The notes beneath the pieces were generated by a model. It was not told the origin of the DNA, ran no database searches, and saw only the letters and a list, made by a program, of their open reading frames with translations. Below are positions 26,246-35,510 of a stretch of 64,000 bases of DNA, one piece after another. Each line of letters opens with the position of its first letter. Position 1 is the first letter of the stretch. This DNA is from a virus. Made by a program: the position numbers and the translations under genes. The stretch lies in IMG/VR virus record IMGVR_UViG_3300020048_000058; one strand, 5' to 3'.

Positions 26246-27433
26246 TTAGGCTCCTTTGGCTTGTGAGTTTTTGCGATCCTGAACCCGTTGGAGAACCGCT
26301 ATTTTTTCTTCTAGGGATAAGTCTTTAGTGCTTCTGACTTGTGTTGAGGCTGTGGTTTTAGCTTTTGCTTTGAGCCAACTTTCGGCATCGGCCAGAATTT
26401 TTAGCGGTTCGGATTTCCACTTCTGAGCTAGGGAAGATTTGGCGTGGTTAGAGTTGCAATCCTTCCCTCTGTAATGAGTGCATTTGCTTAACAGCACCCG
26501 GTAATATTCCAAAAATTCAGGGTCGGGGGAACGTTCACCTCTCATGGCTCCGGTTTTGATAATTGCGTTCCAGGTGTTCATGTTGTCTGCGGTTGTGTCT
26601 GTTGGCAAAAAACGAGAATCGAACTCGACCGCCGGGGGATGTTTGATCTCAGGAGTAGGAAGATGGTTTTTAACAGGTGGGTCTTGTTCTGGGCTTTGGT
26701 GAGGAGTCAAGTCCTCTGTACCCTCTTGTCCGGGGTCTTCGTTTGAAACTAAAACGGCTTCGTTTGGAATCCCCCCCCACTCCGATTCCCCTTGGGGGGT
26801 AGGGGGGATCTTTTCTGTTGTCTTTTCTGTAGTCTTTTCTGAAATATCTATATAAGGATCGGTAAATTGGGATTCCCCACTCTGGTAAATTGGGATTCCC
26901 GATTTACTGACCTCGGAAAAAACAACATCTGGTAAATTGGGATTCCCGATTTCCCGTAAATCGGGATCTACTATTTGGGGTCTAGTTTTCCGCCCTCGGA
27001 AACCCATTGATTTTTGTCTGGGTTCGATGTCTGAAATTAACTCGTCTACCTTGCTATGATTGCGAAAGTAGAAAGTTAGTCCCGATCTCCGGTCAACGTA
27101 GGAACAGTAATAGCTACTCCCGAATTCAGACCCGCTAGATTTTGCTTCGTCATACTGAGTTTTGGAGTTGTAACGGACTCCAATCTTGTCAAACCCAGTC
27201 CTGAATTCCTCTTTGCTAAAAGCCAATTCCTCAACCCAACTATCCCCAATCTTGTAGTCCTGATGCCCGTTTTGAGGCGGTTCCAAAAACTTGTAAAAAC
27301 CCTCTGGATACTTAGCAAAACGGTACTCAAGTTGCATCATGAGAATCGTAGCTACTACGCTCCCCGTTTGCTGTCTAAGTCCTGGGATATAGGGGATAGC
27401 TTCTGCAAAAGCGGCTAGAATAGAGGGTTTCAT
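26246..27433 (-). CDS. hypothetical replication-module protein (possible initiator/organiser)
   Basis: 395-aa ORF at the head of the dnaB operon. It has a Pro/Glu-rich linker. The function is inferred only from position. Confidence 0.5.
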   Translation of the reverse strand: MKPSILAAFAEAIPYIPGLRQQTGSVVATILMMQLEYRFAKYPEGFYKFLEPPQNGHQDYKIGDSWVEELAFSKEEFRTGFDKIGVRYNSKTQYDEAKSSGSEFGSSYYCSYVDRRSGLTFYFRNHSKVDELISDIEPRQKSMGFRGRKTRPQIVDPDLREIGNPNLPDVVFSEVSKSGIPIYQSGESQFTDPYIDISEKTTEKTTEKIPPTPQGESEWGGIPNEAVLVSNEDPGQEGTEDLTPHQSPEQDPPVKNHLPTPEIKHPPAVEFDSRFLPTDTTADNMNTWNAIIKTGAMRGERSPDPEFLEYYRVLLSKCTHYRGKDCNSNHAKSSLAQKWKSEPLKILADAESWLKAKAKTTASTQVRSTKDLSLEEKIAVLQRVQDRKNSQAKGA

Positions 27434-27627
27434 TCGCGTCTCCCGTCCCCACGTTCTGGGGATTCATCTGTTGGTGTTGTCGCTGCAAATTTTCCATACT
27501 CAAGGGTTTGAGTTTTTGGCGGTGGGGTCTTGTTTTCTCCCCTTCCTCTGTTGACTGATTCCAACAGAAGTAATGGCAGCATCATTAAAGCCATTACTGC
27601 GACCGTTGTTATTGAGATTTGAAACAT
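27430..27627 (-). CDS. small membrane protein
   Basis: One TM segment (ISITTVAVMALMMLPLLLL). Overlaps the next gene by 4 nt. Confidence 0.35.
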   Translation of the reverse strand: MFQISITTVAVMALMMLPLLLLESVNRGRGENKTPPPKTQTLEYGKFAATTPTDESPERGDGRRE

Positions 27628-27641
27628 AATTGGGTTAATTG

Positions 27642-27833
27642 TTAAAAACTATCGGCTAAATCTAAACCACCGCTTCTTATAGCTCGCTCCAGTACCTCTG
27701 ATCTTGTGATCCCAAGGTCTAGGGCTTTTTGCCCTAACAGCCTTGCTGCGGAGTCAGTGAGCATCACTGACCGGGGGATCTTCTTTTCCCCATGTACCCA
27801 TTCGTCAGGTCGTTCTCGCTTCTTAGTCATCAT
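27642..27833 (-). CDS. ribbon-helix-helix transcriptional regulator
   Basis: IPRSVMLTDSAARLLGQKALDLGITRSEVLERAIR fits the RHH pattern. It is the first gene after a divergent promoter region. Confidence 0.6.
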   Translation of the reverse strand: MMTKKRERPDEWVHGEKKIPRSVMLTDSAARLLGQKALDLGITRSEVLERAIRSGGLDLADSF

Positions 27834-27859
27834 CCCTTTCCTCAGTTGACAATATTTTG

Positions 27860-27888
27860 ACTATATCACATAAAAAAATATTTATCAA
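27860..27888 (-). promoter_or_regulatory. sigma70-type promoter TTGATA-17 nt-TATAGT (minus strand)
   Basis: The -35 is the reverse complement of 27883..27888 and the -10 is the reverse complement of 27860..27865. Confidence 0.6.
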
Positions 27889-27892
27889 CCCC

Positions 27893-27921
27893 TTGACATA
27901 AATTTTTATTGGTGCTAGATT
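27893..27921 (+). promoter_or_regulatory. sigma70-type promoter TTGACA-17 nt-TAGATT (plus strand), back-to-back with the minus promoter
   Basis: -35 at 27893..27898 and -10 at 27916..27921. Confidence 0.6.
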
Positions 27922-27969
27922 TATTTACATAAAGCCAAAAGCGGTCAGCACCCAGATTTCTGAGGTCAA

Positions 27970-28506
27970 GTGCCAACCGCCTTACGGGATAAAACCCAAT
28001 CAAAAACAATGATATCAACAATTTCAGCCGATGATCAAACTAAGTCCATTATTTCCCCTGAAATCATGGCACTGGCATTAGACCCAGCGATCGCAGTCCA
28101 AGTCATAGCTTGGGATACGTTTGGGGAAATCAACCCTACACCTGACGCAATTATGGGTATTTTTACTAATCACGACATTTTTAAATTTGTATTAGCAGAT
28201 GGCGGTGCGATTCTGATTGGGGCTGATCAGTTCCTAAATTATTGGGAACAGATTCAGGCAAGCACTGAAACCGAACCCACAGAAGAAACGATTGTTGCAA
28301 TGGCTAAAGACCGGGGAACAGTCATCTATGATAGCGGTTGCAAGTTAGGGTATGTAGTCCGATACGAAAACAGCTACTACGCAGTCGGTGAAGTTTTGGT
28401 TTATAAGAAAGGCTTTCAATATTCCTACTCCCGCCACGGGAGCTTTCAGTTGGCTGCCGACTGCTTAATTGAGCAGTCATGGACTGAGATGGAAAACCGC
28501 TATTAA
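27970..28506 (+). CDS. hypothetical protein (GTG start uncertain; ATG at 28009)
   Basis: 178-aa ORF, first of a plus-strand early-type cluster. Confidence 0.5.
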   Translation: MPTALRDKTQSKTMISTISADDQTKSIISPEIMALALDPAIAVQVIAWDTFGEINPTPDAIMGIFTNHDIFKFVLADGGAILIGADQFLNYWEQIQASTETEPTEETIVAMAKDRGTVIYDSGCKLGYVVRYENSYYAVGEVLVYKKGFQYSYSRHGSFQLAADCLIEQSWTEMENRY

Positions 28507-28582
28507 TACCCATAGAACAACCTAGACCTGAACAAGTCTCTAAAAGGTTCAACAAAGCATAATCCTACGAGGAGGTGGCGCA

Positions 28583-28771
28583 ATGAAAGAAGCAGTAAAA
28601 CTTGACAAAAAAGAAGTCAGACTGATTATTGACAAATTAACAGAACAAAACCATCTACTGGCGGACATCTTGGCTCGGACAATAGTGGATGAAGAATGGC
28701 ATAAAACAAGTGCCTTCTTTGATTCAATAACTTCGGCTATTCAGCAATTTGAAAGTGAGGATGTGGCGTGA
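28583..28771 (+). CDS. hypothetical protein
   Basis: GGAGG lies 7 nt upstream of the ATG. The stop overlaps the next start. Confidence 0.55.
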   Translation: MKEAVKLDKKEVRLIIDKLTEQNHLLADILARTIVDEEWHKTSAFFDSITSAIQQFESEDVA

Positions 28772-28959
28772 TGGATGTTTCCGAGTTAGCCGAACAGTTC
28801 AGAAAGTTAATTGACGAGAGGGATTCAATCCCCTTTCACAAGCACGAAACCAACGCCCGATGTGTTGAGATAGATGAAGTTTTGATCCCTGCAATTATTA
28901 AGCAGATTCCACAGGGAACAATGAATGAGTTTAACGAATTAATTAATGAGGGGGAATAA
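28768..28959 (+). CDS. hypothetical protein
   Basis: 63-aa coupled ORF. Confidence 0.5.
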   Translation: MMDVSELAEQFRKLIDERDSIPFHKHETNARCVEIDEVLIPAIIKQIPQGTMNEFNELINEGE

Positions 28960-28960
28960 A

Positions 28961-29227
28961 ATGGGCAGCGACAAAGTGCAATTTATCAAAGAAACTTCAG
29001 TCAAGCTGTTGGCAGCTTGTTTAATTGAAGATCGTATTGCTTGGTATAAAGACCCCGACTACTGTTCTGATGATGAAGGTATCACCAAGTCAATCGAGAT
29101 AGCGGAGTGCCTTTGGGACAAGTTAGAAGAAAAAGGGTATGTAGAGTCAGAACAAGAGAATAAAATACCCCCACTAGAAGAAGGCATTGATCCAACTTGG
29201 ATTAACGGTTTCAAGGGTTGCATTTAA
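28961..29227 (+). CDS. hypothetical protein
   Basis: ATG at 28961 directly follows the upstream stop. The listed start at 28946 is a non-ATG start. Confidence 0.5.
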   Translation: MGSDKVQFIKETSVKLLAACLIEDRIAWYKDPDYCSDDEGITKSIEIAECLWDKLEEKGYVESEQENKIPPLEEGIDPTWINGFKGCI

Positions 29228-29317
29228 TCATTTTTCCCTTACGCTTCATAGTGCGATTGTGAAGCGTTGGGGCGGTGCGATTAAGCCCGAATAAACCTAA
29301 CAGAAATCAAGGAACAA

Positions 29318-30169
29318 ATGACTTCAACTATTGACCGTATTGACCAAGACGAACCAATGCAAATCCAGCGCGATGAATTTGCATCGGAGGAATATTTAGA
29401 CCCTAACGCACGGCTCCCCCGGATTCAAGCATTGAGAGGGGCAACCCCTAAGCAGTGTGGGTACTTTATCGAGATCAATCAAGCTGCAAAAGCTGGATGG
29501 TTAAACTTCGATGAAAAAACCTTAGTTGATTACTCCTTTGAAAGTTCAGGTGAAACTGAGCAGGGTATTTTATTTAACAAAATGCGGATGTTGGTATGCC
29601 CTCGGACTCCCGTTTTAGCATTAGATAAGGCTGCAACCAAAGAGCAGCAACAAAACGTTTTTACAGGTTACTACAAGAAAGCTATATACGGAGCAGACGA
29701 AAACTTTACCAACTTTCAAGCGTTTGAAGTCCTATTGTTGGACAAGGAAAACAAACCACTGCATCAAGTTCCACTTAGCCTCAAATTGAAAGGTGCGGCT
29801 CAAGCATCATTTTCACAAAAATGGCAAGAATTTGTCCAGAAGATTACATCTTGTCACGCCATTTCCTGTGGAATCCCAGCTAGTGAAAAGGCAATGACAT
29901 TCAAATCTCTTTGTGTGTTTGCGTTTGAAGTGAAACGCGAAATGGCAGGAGATAAAACCAAGTCACCCGCCTGCAAAGTCACGGGCTACGAAGTCCCAAC
30001 GCTTGAAAGTTGGAAAAACTACTTTGTTGGCTACGACACCCAGACTAAGGAATTTGTCTGGCAGGGATTGCAACCCAAGCGTCCTTTAATTCAACCCGAA
30101 CAAATTATGGCGGCGCTACCCCCTGTTAGTGATGTCGAAGCATTGGCGGCTGCGGGTATTGATTTCTAA
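29318..30169 (+). CDS. hypothetical protein (283 aa)
   Basis: Long ORF with no recognised motif. Confidence 0.6.
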   Translation: MTSTIDRIDQDEPMQIQRDEFASEEYLDPNARLPRIQALRGATPKQCGYFIEINQAAKAGWLNFDEKTLVDYSFESSGETEQGILFNKMRMLVCPRTPVLALDKAATKEQQQNVFTGYYKKAIYGADENFTNFQAFEVLLLDKENKPLHQVPLSLKLKGAAQASFSQKWQEFVQKITSCHAISCGIPASEKAMTFKSLCVFAFEVKREMAGDKTKSPACKVTGYEVPTLESWKNYFVGYDTQTKEFVWQGLQPKRPLIQPEQIMAALPPVSDVEALAAAGIDF

Positions 30170-30187
30170 ATTAACTTAATTAACTCA

Positions 30188-30205
30188 GGGGGTGAAATTC
30201 CCCCC
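30188..30205. repeat. stem-loop GGGGGTGAAATTCCCCCC (copy 1 of 3)
   Basis: The same element occurs at 30404..30420 and 59680..59698. Confidence 0.8.
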
Positions 30206-30233
30206 ACTATTCCCCTAGAAAAAAAAGGAAACC

Positions 30234-30395
30234 ATGAACTACAAAGGCTACGAAATCACAACAGAACAAATCAAACAAGGGTTTGTGTTCTCCCAACCGT
30301 CGTACTGGGTGGTAAGCATCGACGGCCGACTGCAACAGCAACAATTCGATTCTGAAGAAGAAGCGATCGCCTATGCAAAATTCACTATCGACTAA
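30234..30395 (+). CDS. small hypothetical protein (53 aa, not in the ORF track)
   Basis: AAGGAAACC precedes the ATG. The ORF is bracketed by two copies of the GGGGGTGAAATTCCCCC hairpin. The antisense listed ORF 30207..30422 is judged spurious. Confidence 0.35.
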   Translation: MNYKGYEITTEQIKQGFVFSQPSYWVVSIDGRLQQQQFDSEEEAIAYAKFTID

Positions 30396-30403
30396 AAAAT
30401 CCA

Positions 30404-30420
30404 GGGGGTGAAATTCCCCC
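30404..30420. repeat. stem-loop GGGGGTGAAATTCCCCC (copy 2 of 3)
   Basis: Read directly. Confidence 0.8.
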
Positions 30421-30445
30421 AATTCAAAACTCTACAACACAAAAT

Positions 30446-30697
30446 ATGAACGCATCAGAAGTCCGAATAATAGCTTCAAATTTTTCCGGGGATTACTGCG
30501 CGATGCCAGAAGGTGTCGAACTTTGGGGAATAGAAGGGGGTGGGGCTTGGTGGCTGACGGGAACCACTTGGTTCCTTCTAAAAGGTAACTCAGTTATTTC
30601 TAGTCAGTACCAACCGCCCTGCGAGAGTGAGAAAGAGGCAAAACGTCTCCGAACCAAATGGATTAATGAGTTAATGAGAGCAGGGGAAGGGCTATGA
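30446..30697 (+). CDS. hypothetical protein
   Basis: 83-aa ORF. Its stop overlaps the next start (ATGA). Confidence 0.5.
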   Translation: MNASEVRIIASNFSGDYCAMPEGVELWGIEGGGAWWLTGTTWFLLKGNSVISSQYQPPCESEKEAKRLRTKWINELMRAGEGL

Positions 30698-31014
30698 ACA
30701 CATTAGTTTTAGCCATTAAAAGAAAATGGTTTGACATGATTGCATCGGGGGTCAAAAAAGAGGAATACAGAAAAATCGATCAATATTATTATGCTCGATT
30801 TGACAAGCCGATAACCCACCTGGTTATTCGTAATGGTTACGGCAAAAAACGCCCGTCTGTAACAGTTGAATTATTGGGAATAGGTAAAGGTATTCCCAAA
30901 CCAGAATGGAGTGATGGAGAGGAAACTATAGGGCAGGAAACAGAGGTTTTTATTCTTGCCTTGGGGGAGATTATTGAGGTTAATCCGTCTTCAGAGGAAT
31001 TGGCGATCGCATAA
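30694..31014 (+). CDS. ASCH-domain-like protein
   Basis: LAIKRKWFDMIASGVKKEEYR resembles the ASCH/PUA-like N-terminal motif. Confidence 0.5.
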   Translation: MNTLVLAIKRKWFDMIASGVKKEEYRKIDQYYYARFDKPITHLVIRNGYGKKRPSVTVELLGIGKGIPKPEWSDGEETIGQETEVFILALGEIIEVNPSSEELAIA

Positions 31015-31156
31015 CTTCAACTCAACAGAAAGGAGGTGATGCTCAGACAAAAATCATTTAATCGTTTGTGTTTGTGTAAGTAAGACGAGTGGCGGGGTAG
31101 GAAAGACCCTTTATCTACCCCATTTTTTAACAATTAACAAGAAAAGAAACGGAGCA

Positions 31157-31351
31157 GTGGAAGTGAGCAGACAAAAAGGTTACGCGATTTGGGAGCGAGG
31201 AAAAGGTGTTGTTGTCGCTTCTTATCCGAGATTCAATCAAGCCCGGATAAAGTGCGAGGAGATGAACAAATCGGGGGCGGGCAGATATTACATTCAGGAA
31301 GATTGGGACGGTGTGCCAGTTTCAGTAATTACAAGAACAAGGAGAACATGA
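31157..31351 (+). CDS. hypothetical protein (GTG start)
   Basis: 64-aa ORF with an ATGA overlap to the next gene. Confidence 0.45.
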   Translation: MEVSRQKGYAIWERGKGVVVASYPRFNQARIKCEEMNKSGAGRYYIQEDWDGVPVSVITRTRRT

Positions 31352-31641
31352 GAAAAACAATTACAGCCCACACTATTTATGGGCGATGGAAAGTAAAAGC
31401 AACTACCAGAAAGTGGATCGCTGTACATCGGATTGACGACGACTATTGGGGTGTCACCCATCTAGCATCAGGGCGACGTTTCCCAGGGTATTTTCACTCC
31501 AAAAAAGACGCGATCGCAGCATCTAAACTAGCTCGACGGATGTTCCCTTATCCATTGAGGGAAAAAAATCAACACTTAATGCCAACTCAAAACGAGTGGC
31601 TTCAAACCCTCTGGGATGCCAAAATTGCATTTACAAAATAA
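31348..31641 (+). CDS. hypothetical protein (97 aa; internal ATG of listed ORF 31189..31641)
   Basis: ATG at 31348 overlaps the upstream stop. The upstream part of the listed ORF overlaps 31157..31351. Confidence 0.45.
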   Translation: MRKTITAHTIYGRWKVKATTRKWIAVHRIDDDYWGVTHLASGRRFPGYFHSKKDAIAASKLARRMFPYPLREKNQHLMPTQNEWLQTLWDAKIAFTK

Positions 31642-31667
31642 TTGCATTTACTAAATAGGAGAAAATC

Positions 31668-32057
31668 ATGTTAGTTGAAATTGAAACTACTGAAACCGTT
31701 GATAATGTCATTCAATTAAAAGCCCCAGAGAAAAACATGGGGACAATGATGAATAAACAGGGTAAATTAGTTCAATCTGTTTATGATTTGCAATCCGACT
31801 TAATAGCGGGTGGCATAAATAAATTTACCTATATCTTGTATATGATTCGCCTTCTTTACGGGAGCGGTAAAGACGTAAATGTTACCCTAGAGAACTTGAT
31901 TGAGATGTTAAATTGTGACGGGGTAACTCCACTGGGAGCCGAGAAAAAGATTCAATTTGAAATAGCAGACGTTCAGGTTGAGTTGGCAAAGATGAGTAAA
32001 AAAGGTTTGCTGACAAGCTACGAGGTTCCCATTCAATTAAATATTACAAGCCTATGA
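31668..32057 (+). CDS. hypothetical protein
   Basis: AGGAGAAAATC precedes the ATG. 129 aa. Confidence 0.55.
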   Translation: MLVEIETTETVDNVIQLKAPEKNMGTMMNKQGKLVQSVYDLQSDLIAGGINKFTYILYMIRLLYGSGKDVNVTLENLIEMLNCDGVTPLGAEKKIQFEIADVQVELAKMSKKGLLTSYEVPIQLNITSL

Positions 32058-32293
32058 TTACAACTGTGCCACGAAGACATTAAAGACAGGAATCACACTC
32101 AAGCAATTAAGATTTATCGCCGTTCACTCAGACCCTAGAGGTAAAACAATGAATTTGATGCGCGACGGGTTTCGTGACTACAAAACCAACTTCAGATTAT
32201 GGTGCGATATTGTTGGTCACAGAACCCCCTACGATTGGCAGTTAACGACATTCTGGTATTGGCTATCTTACCCATCATCGGAGGGCAATTAAA

Positions 32294-32719
32294 ATGCTTA
32301 AAATTACCGGATCTCAGTTTAAACTCCCTCTTTTAAACTTCACTTACTTAGGACTTAAATCAATGCAAAAAACTAATTTTAAGATTGCCACAAAATTCTC
32401 AGATGCTACTCGCACCTCGCACCGAAAACCTATCGAATACACAGAGGTAGAAGGGTTTGTTGTCGGGAATTGGGGAATTACTAATTATTGGGCCGGGGAT
32501 GGTTGGATTGTCTACCATACTGTTAAGGGTTTGAGATTGTCCTATCTATATTTTGAGTGGGATAACGCCGTTAAAGTTTTGGAGATGACAGTCGAACTGT
32601 TTGGGGAAAACAACGATGGCGAACCGACCTCCGATAATTATAAAAAATCCTGTGATTGGGAGCGCGAAGCGCGCCCAATAGCGTCCCGTGAATGCCTTTA
32701 TTTTGATGGTGATGATTAA
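32294..32719 (+). CDS. hypothetical protein
   Basis: 141-aa ORF. Confidence 0.5.
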   Translation: MLKITGSQFKLPLLNFTYLGLKSMQKTNFKIATKFSDATRTSHRKPIEYTEVEGFVVGNWGITNYWAGDGWIVYHTVKGLRLSYLYFEWDNAVKVLEMTVELFGENNDGEPTSDNYKKSCDWEREARPIASRECLYFDGDD

Positions 32720-32764
32720 TTGATTGATTCTCAACAATAACCAACAATCACCAAAGGAGACAAG

Positions 32765-33199
32765 ATGAATATTAAAGAATTAGATTCCGGCTCAAAGTTT
32801 GTAAGTGAAAAGGGCGTTATTTTACTTTCAACACTAGACGCTGAAGATTTCAAATACTGTTTAGAAAACAGTTTGGCCCATAAATCAACTGTTGAAATCA
32901 ATGAAAAAGCCAAAATAGCAAAACCCAATTATTCAGATTTACTAAAAGCTGGATTCTATGGCGGATTAATTGGGATTGTGGAATTGTTGGTACATGATTG
33001 CGTCTTAAACGTTGAGGATGCCGTGATAATAGCAAATAAAATATTTAACGGTGAACTTGACAACGTTTTAAATATCCCAATGTATCTTACTGAATCAAGA
33101 GCATTCCCGTTTTTAATTGAATCAATCAATGCAAAAAGATTTGTAGATGATGAAATCAATAAGGAAGAAATTGTAAATAGTTTGAACAGTCTTATTTAA
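32765..33199 (+). CDS. hypothetical protein
   Basis: AAAGGAGACAAG precedes the ATG. 144 aa. Confidence 0.55.
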   Translation: MNIKELDSGSKFVSEKGVILLSTLDAEDFKYCLENSLAHKSTVEINEKAKIAKPNYSDLLKAGFYGGLIGIVELLVHDCVLNVEDAVIIANKIFNGELDNVLNIPMYLTESRAFPFLIESINAKRFVDDEINKEEIVNSLNSLI

Positions 33200-33251
33200 A
33201 ACAATCTTACAACTCCTGCCCTTATTCCCGATAACTCCAAAGAAGCTCACT

Positions 33252-33506
33252 CTACCTAGTGGGCTTTTCTTGATCGTCATCTGAATCATTGACAATCTTT
33301 TTAATAAATTCCTCAATAGTTAATCCTTCATCCTCAGACCGAGACTTTAGCATCGCTACAATTTGTTCGTCGTTTGCTTCTATTCGAGCCCGCAATACGT
33401 TACCCGCCAAGGTTGTGCGTGCTACACCCTCGAGTGCTGCCCATTCCCTTAATCGCTTATTATGCCACGCAGGGATCTTAATCGTAATTCTATATCTTTT
33501 GTCCAC
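33252..33506 (-). CDS. ribbon-helix-helix regulator (repressor-like), divergent from an HTH gene
   Basis: YRITIKIPAWHNKRLREWAALEGVARTTLAGNVLRARI fits the RHH pattern. It is a lone minus-strand gene in a plus-strand block. Confidence 0.55.
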   Translation of the reverse strand: MDKRYRITIKIPAWHNKRLREWAALEGVARTTLAGNVLRARIEANDEQIVAMLKSRSEDEGLTIEEFIKKIVNDSDDDQEKPTR

Positions 33507-33634
33507 TGTTGTTTTTTTATGTCGTTTAGCATATAATCAGCATAACATTAACACAAATACTGAAAGGGGCTGACCGGATATCAGCCGATCAGCCCCACCC
33601 CAACCCATTCTTTAACCCAGTTGAGGCTATTACA

Positions 33635-33829
33635 ATGTTTGCACAAAAAGAACTGTCTGTAGATGAATTTCGGAAGATTACAAATAAATCAATAAATCAA
33701 ATATGCCAGTTAACAGGGGCAGATAGAGACACGGTTTATCGGCACAAAAACAATGCTACGAGCGATCGCCCTCAATACATTCAGTTCCGATACCACTTAG
33801 GGCTTTTAGCTCAGGTAATAACAAAATAG
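33635..33829 (+). CDS. small HTH (Cro/Xre-like) DNA-binding protein
   Basis: VDEFRKITNKSINQICQLTGADRDTVYRHKNN contains a helix-turn-helix. Confidence 0.5.
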   Translation: MFAQKELSVDEFRKITNKSINQICQLTGADRDTVYRHKNNATSDRPQYIQFRYHLGLLAQVITK

Positions 33830-33952
33830 TTGCATTTTGCAACCCTATAGCATTTTGCAATATCCCCACCCTTAGAGGTGGGTTTATTATTGGTACATCA
33901 GGTTAAATCAAGCCTGAGTCAATCTAAGAAGGAGAGATGTACTAAACCATGA

Positions 33953-34423
33953 ATGGCTAATTTTGAGACCAGGAAAGGGGGAACCCGAAAGATGATACAC
34001 CTCAAAGACGAAGACGCTTTACAGCCTTTTTCCTCTGAGGAAATCCAGTTAATCTTTAAAGTTTCTCACCAGACTATTGCCGAACGCAAAGGGATATTGG
34101 GGATTAAAAGAAAACCCGTAGGATGGACAGAATTAAACGTTTTATACCTCCTGCATATCTTTGTTAGTTCCAAATACCCACACCATACCTACTATCAGTT
34201 CCAAAGCCTCTATCACCACTGTTTAAACAACGGTTTATCTATCGAGATAGAAGTTTTCCAGAAGATGTTAATGCTAAACACAACCCAACTATTTAAGGAG
34301 TTTAAAGTCGATGTCCTATCAAGAATCACAAGCTACCGACAACAACACTCAACCGGAACTTACCGAGTTGTATCAGAACTCACGGAAACCCCAAACCCAG
34401 ACGGAGCCGAAACAGCAGACTAA
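33953..34423 (+). CDS. hypothetical protein
   Basis: 156-aa ORF. Its 3' end overlaps the next ORF by 113 nt. Confidence 0.45.
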   Translation: MANFETRKGGTRKMIHLKDEDALQPFSSEEIQLIFKVSHQTIAERKGILGIKRKPVGWTELNVLYLLHIFVSSKYPHHTYYQFQSLYHHCLNNGLSIEIEVFQKMLMLNTTQLFKEFKVDVLSRITSYRQQHSTGTYRVVSELTETPNPDGAETAD

Positions 34424-34817
34424 ATCAGCTATCACCAAAGGGAGTACAACGGATCAACTCAATGATGCAGTTGTTAAGACCCAAAAGAAAGCTAAAGATA
34501 ACGCGATTGTTAACACTAAAGCCGTTATTGTTGCGGGTCAAAACTCCGGGCGGGAAGATGCTAAACTATTTAAAAAAGCAAAACAATTGGCTTTCTTAAA
34601 TGAAATTGCAGACGATGAAATTGAGTCTGCTAAGGCTTTATTAGTTGGCATTCCTGAGTATAAGAATGCAATTGATCAAGCGTCAGGGTGTGAGTTGGAA
34701 AACCTCTTAGACTTTGATCAAGAAATCTCAATTGAGGCTTTAGAACAGCAACTTAACGAAGCTGTGGGAAAGTCCAAAAAATCCCAGTTAGCTGTCAGAA
34801 GTTTTTTCGGAGAATAG
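34311..34817 (+). CDS. hypothetical protein
   Basis: 168-aa ORF. AAGGAG lies 9 nt upstream of the ATG. Confidence 0.5.
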   Translation: MSYQESQATDNNTQPELTELYQNSRKPQTQTEPKQQTKSAITKGSTTDQLNDAVVKTQKKAKDNAIVNTKAVIVAGQNSGREDAKLFKKAKQLAFLNEIADDEIESAKALLVGIPEYKNAIDQASGCELENLLDFDQEISIEALEQQLNEAVGKSKKSQLAVRSFFGE

Positions 34818-35142
34818 AACAATTAGAAACACGGGTTGAGAGGATTGAAATAATACTTAAAATCCCTCAACCCAAAGAAATCAGTCAACAATTGTCAATA
34901 TTAATGGGAGGTTTTTAAATGGGAATTATCATTGATTTAGTTAATGTATTCGGGTGTTATTGTTCCTACAACATAATGCCCTATCTAATGGGAGGTTGTT
35001 TCTAATGAATACTATTTATTATTTAACAGCATTCTTTATTGGGTTTTTAATCTTTAGCAACCAAATTGTTTTCAGTAGAATCAGGGAACAATCGGCTAAC
35101 CATCAAGGCAATCAAATTACTAACAAAAATTAGGAGAATAAG

Positions 35143-35487
35143 ATGTTAAAAACATTAATGACGACAGCTACTATTCTTTTGACCGTTATCACTCCCGCTT
35201 TAGCTCAAAATCCAGATCCTTATCCTGGTAGAGATTGGGGATTTTCATTCTCACCACGAGAAGAACCAGGAAATACGAGTGAATGGAGAATTACAAATCC
35301 CTATGATAAACCTGTTCGGGTTCGAGTGAATGTTGACAATGGGAGTTATCGGATTGGTGGCAATCAATACAATTCAGGCGAATCATCACATATCCTGTTT
35401 CCCCCAAATAGTTCTACTCCAATGATTATCAACACGGATGAAGCAGGTTTTAATGAACGTATCAATGTAGACATCAATCCTTATTAA
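35143..35487 (+). CDS. secreted protein (signal peptide)
   Basis: MLKTLMTTATILLTVITPALA/QNP is a classic Sec signal. AGGAGAATAAG precedes the ATG. Confidence 0.6.
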   Translation: MLKTLMTTATILLTVITPALAQNPDPYPGRDWGFSFSPREEPGNTSEWRITNPYDKPVRVRVNVDNGSYRIGGNQYNSGESSHILFPPNSSTPMIINTDEAGFNERINVDINPY

Positions 35488-35510
35488 ATAGGTGAAAATG
35501 ACAACAAATT

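Noticed and set aside
33953-34817. A 113-nt overlap between ORFs 33953..34423 and 34311..34817, considered as a programmed frameshift.
   Set aside because: The second ORF has its own ATG with AAGGAG 9 nt upstream. Joining the frames would need a +1 shift. No slippery heptamer was seen in the overlap. I treated them as two overlapping genes.
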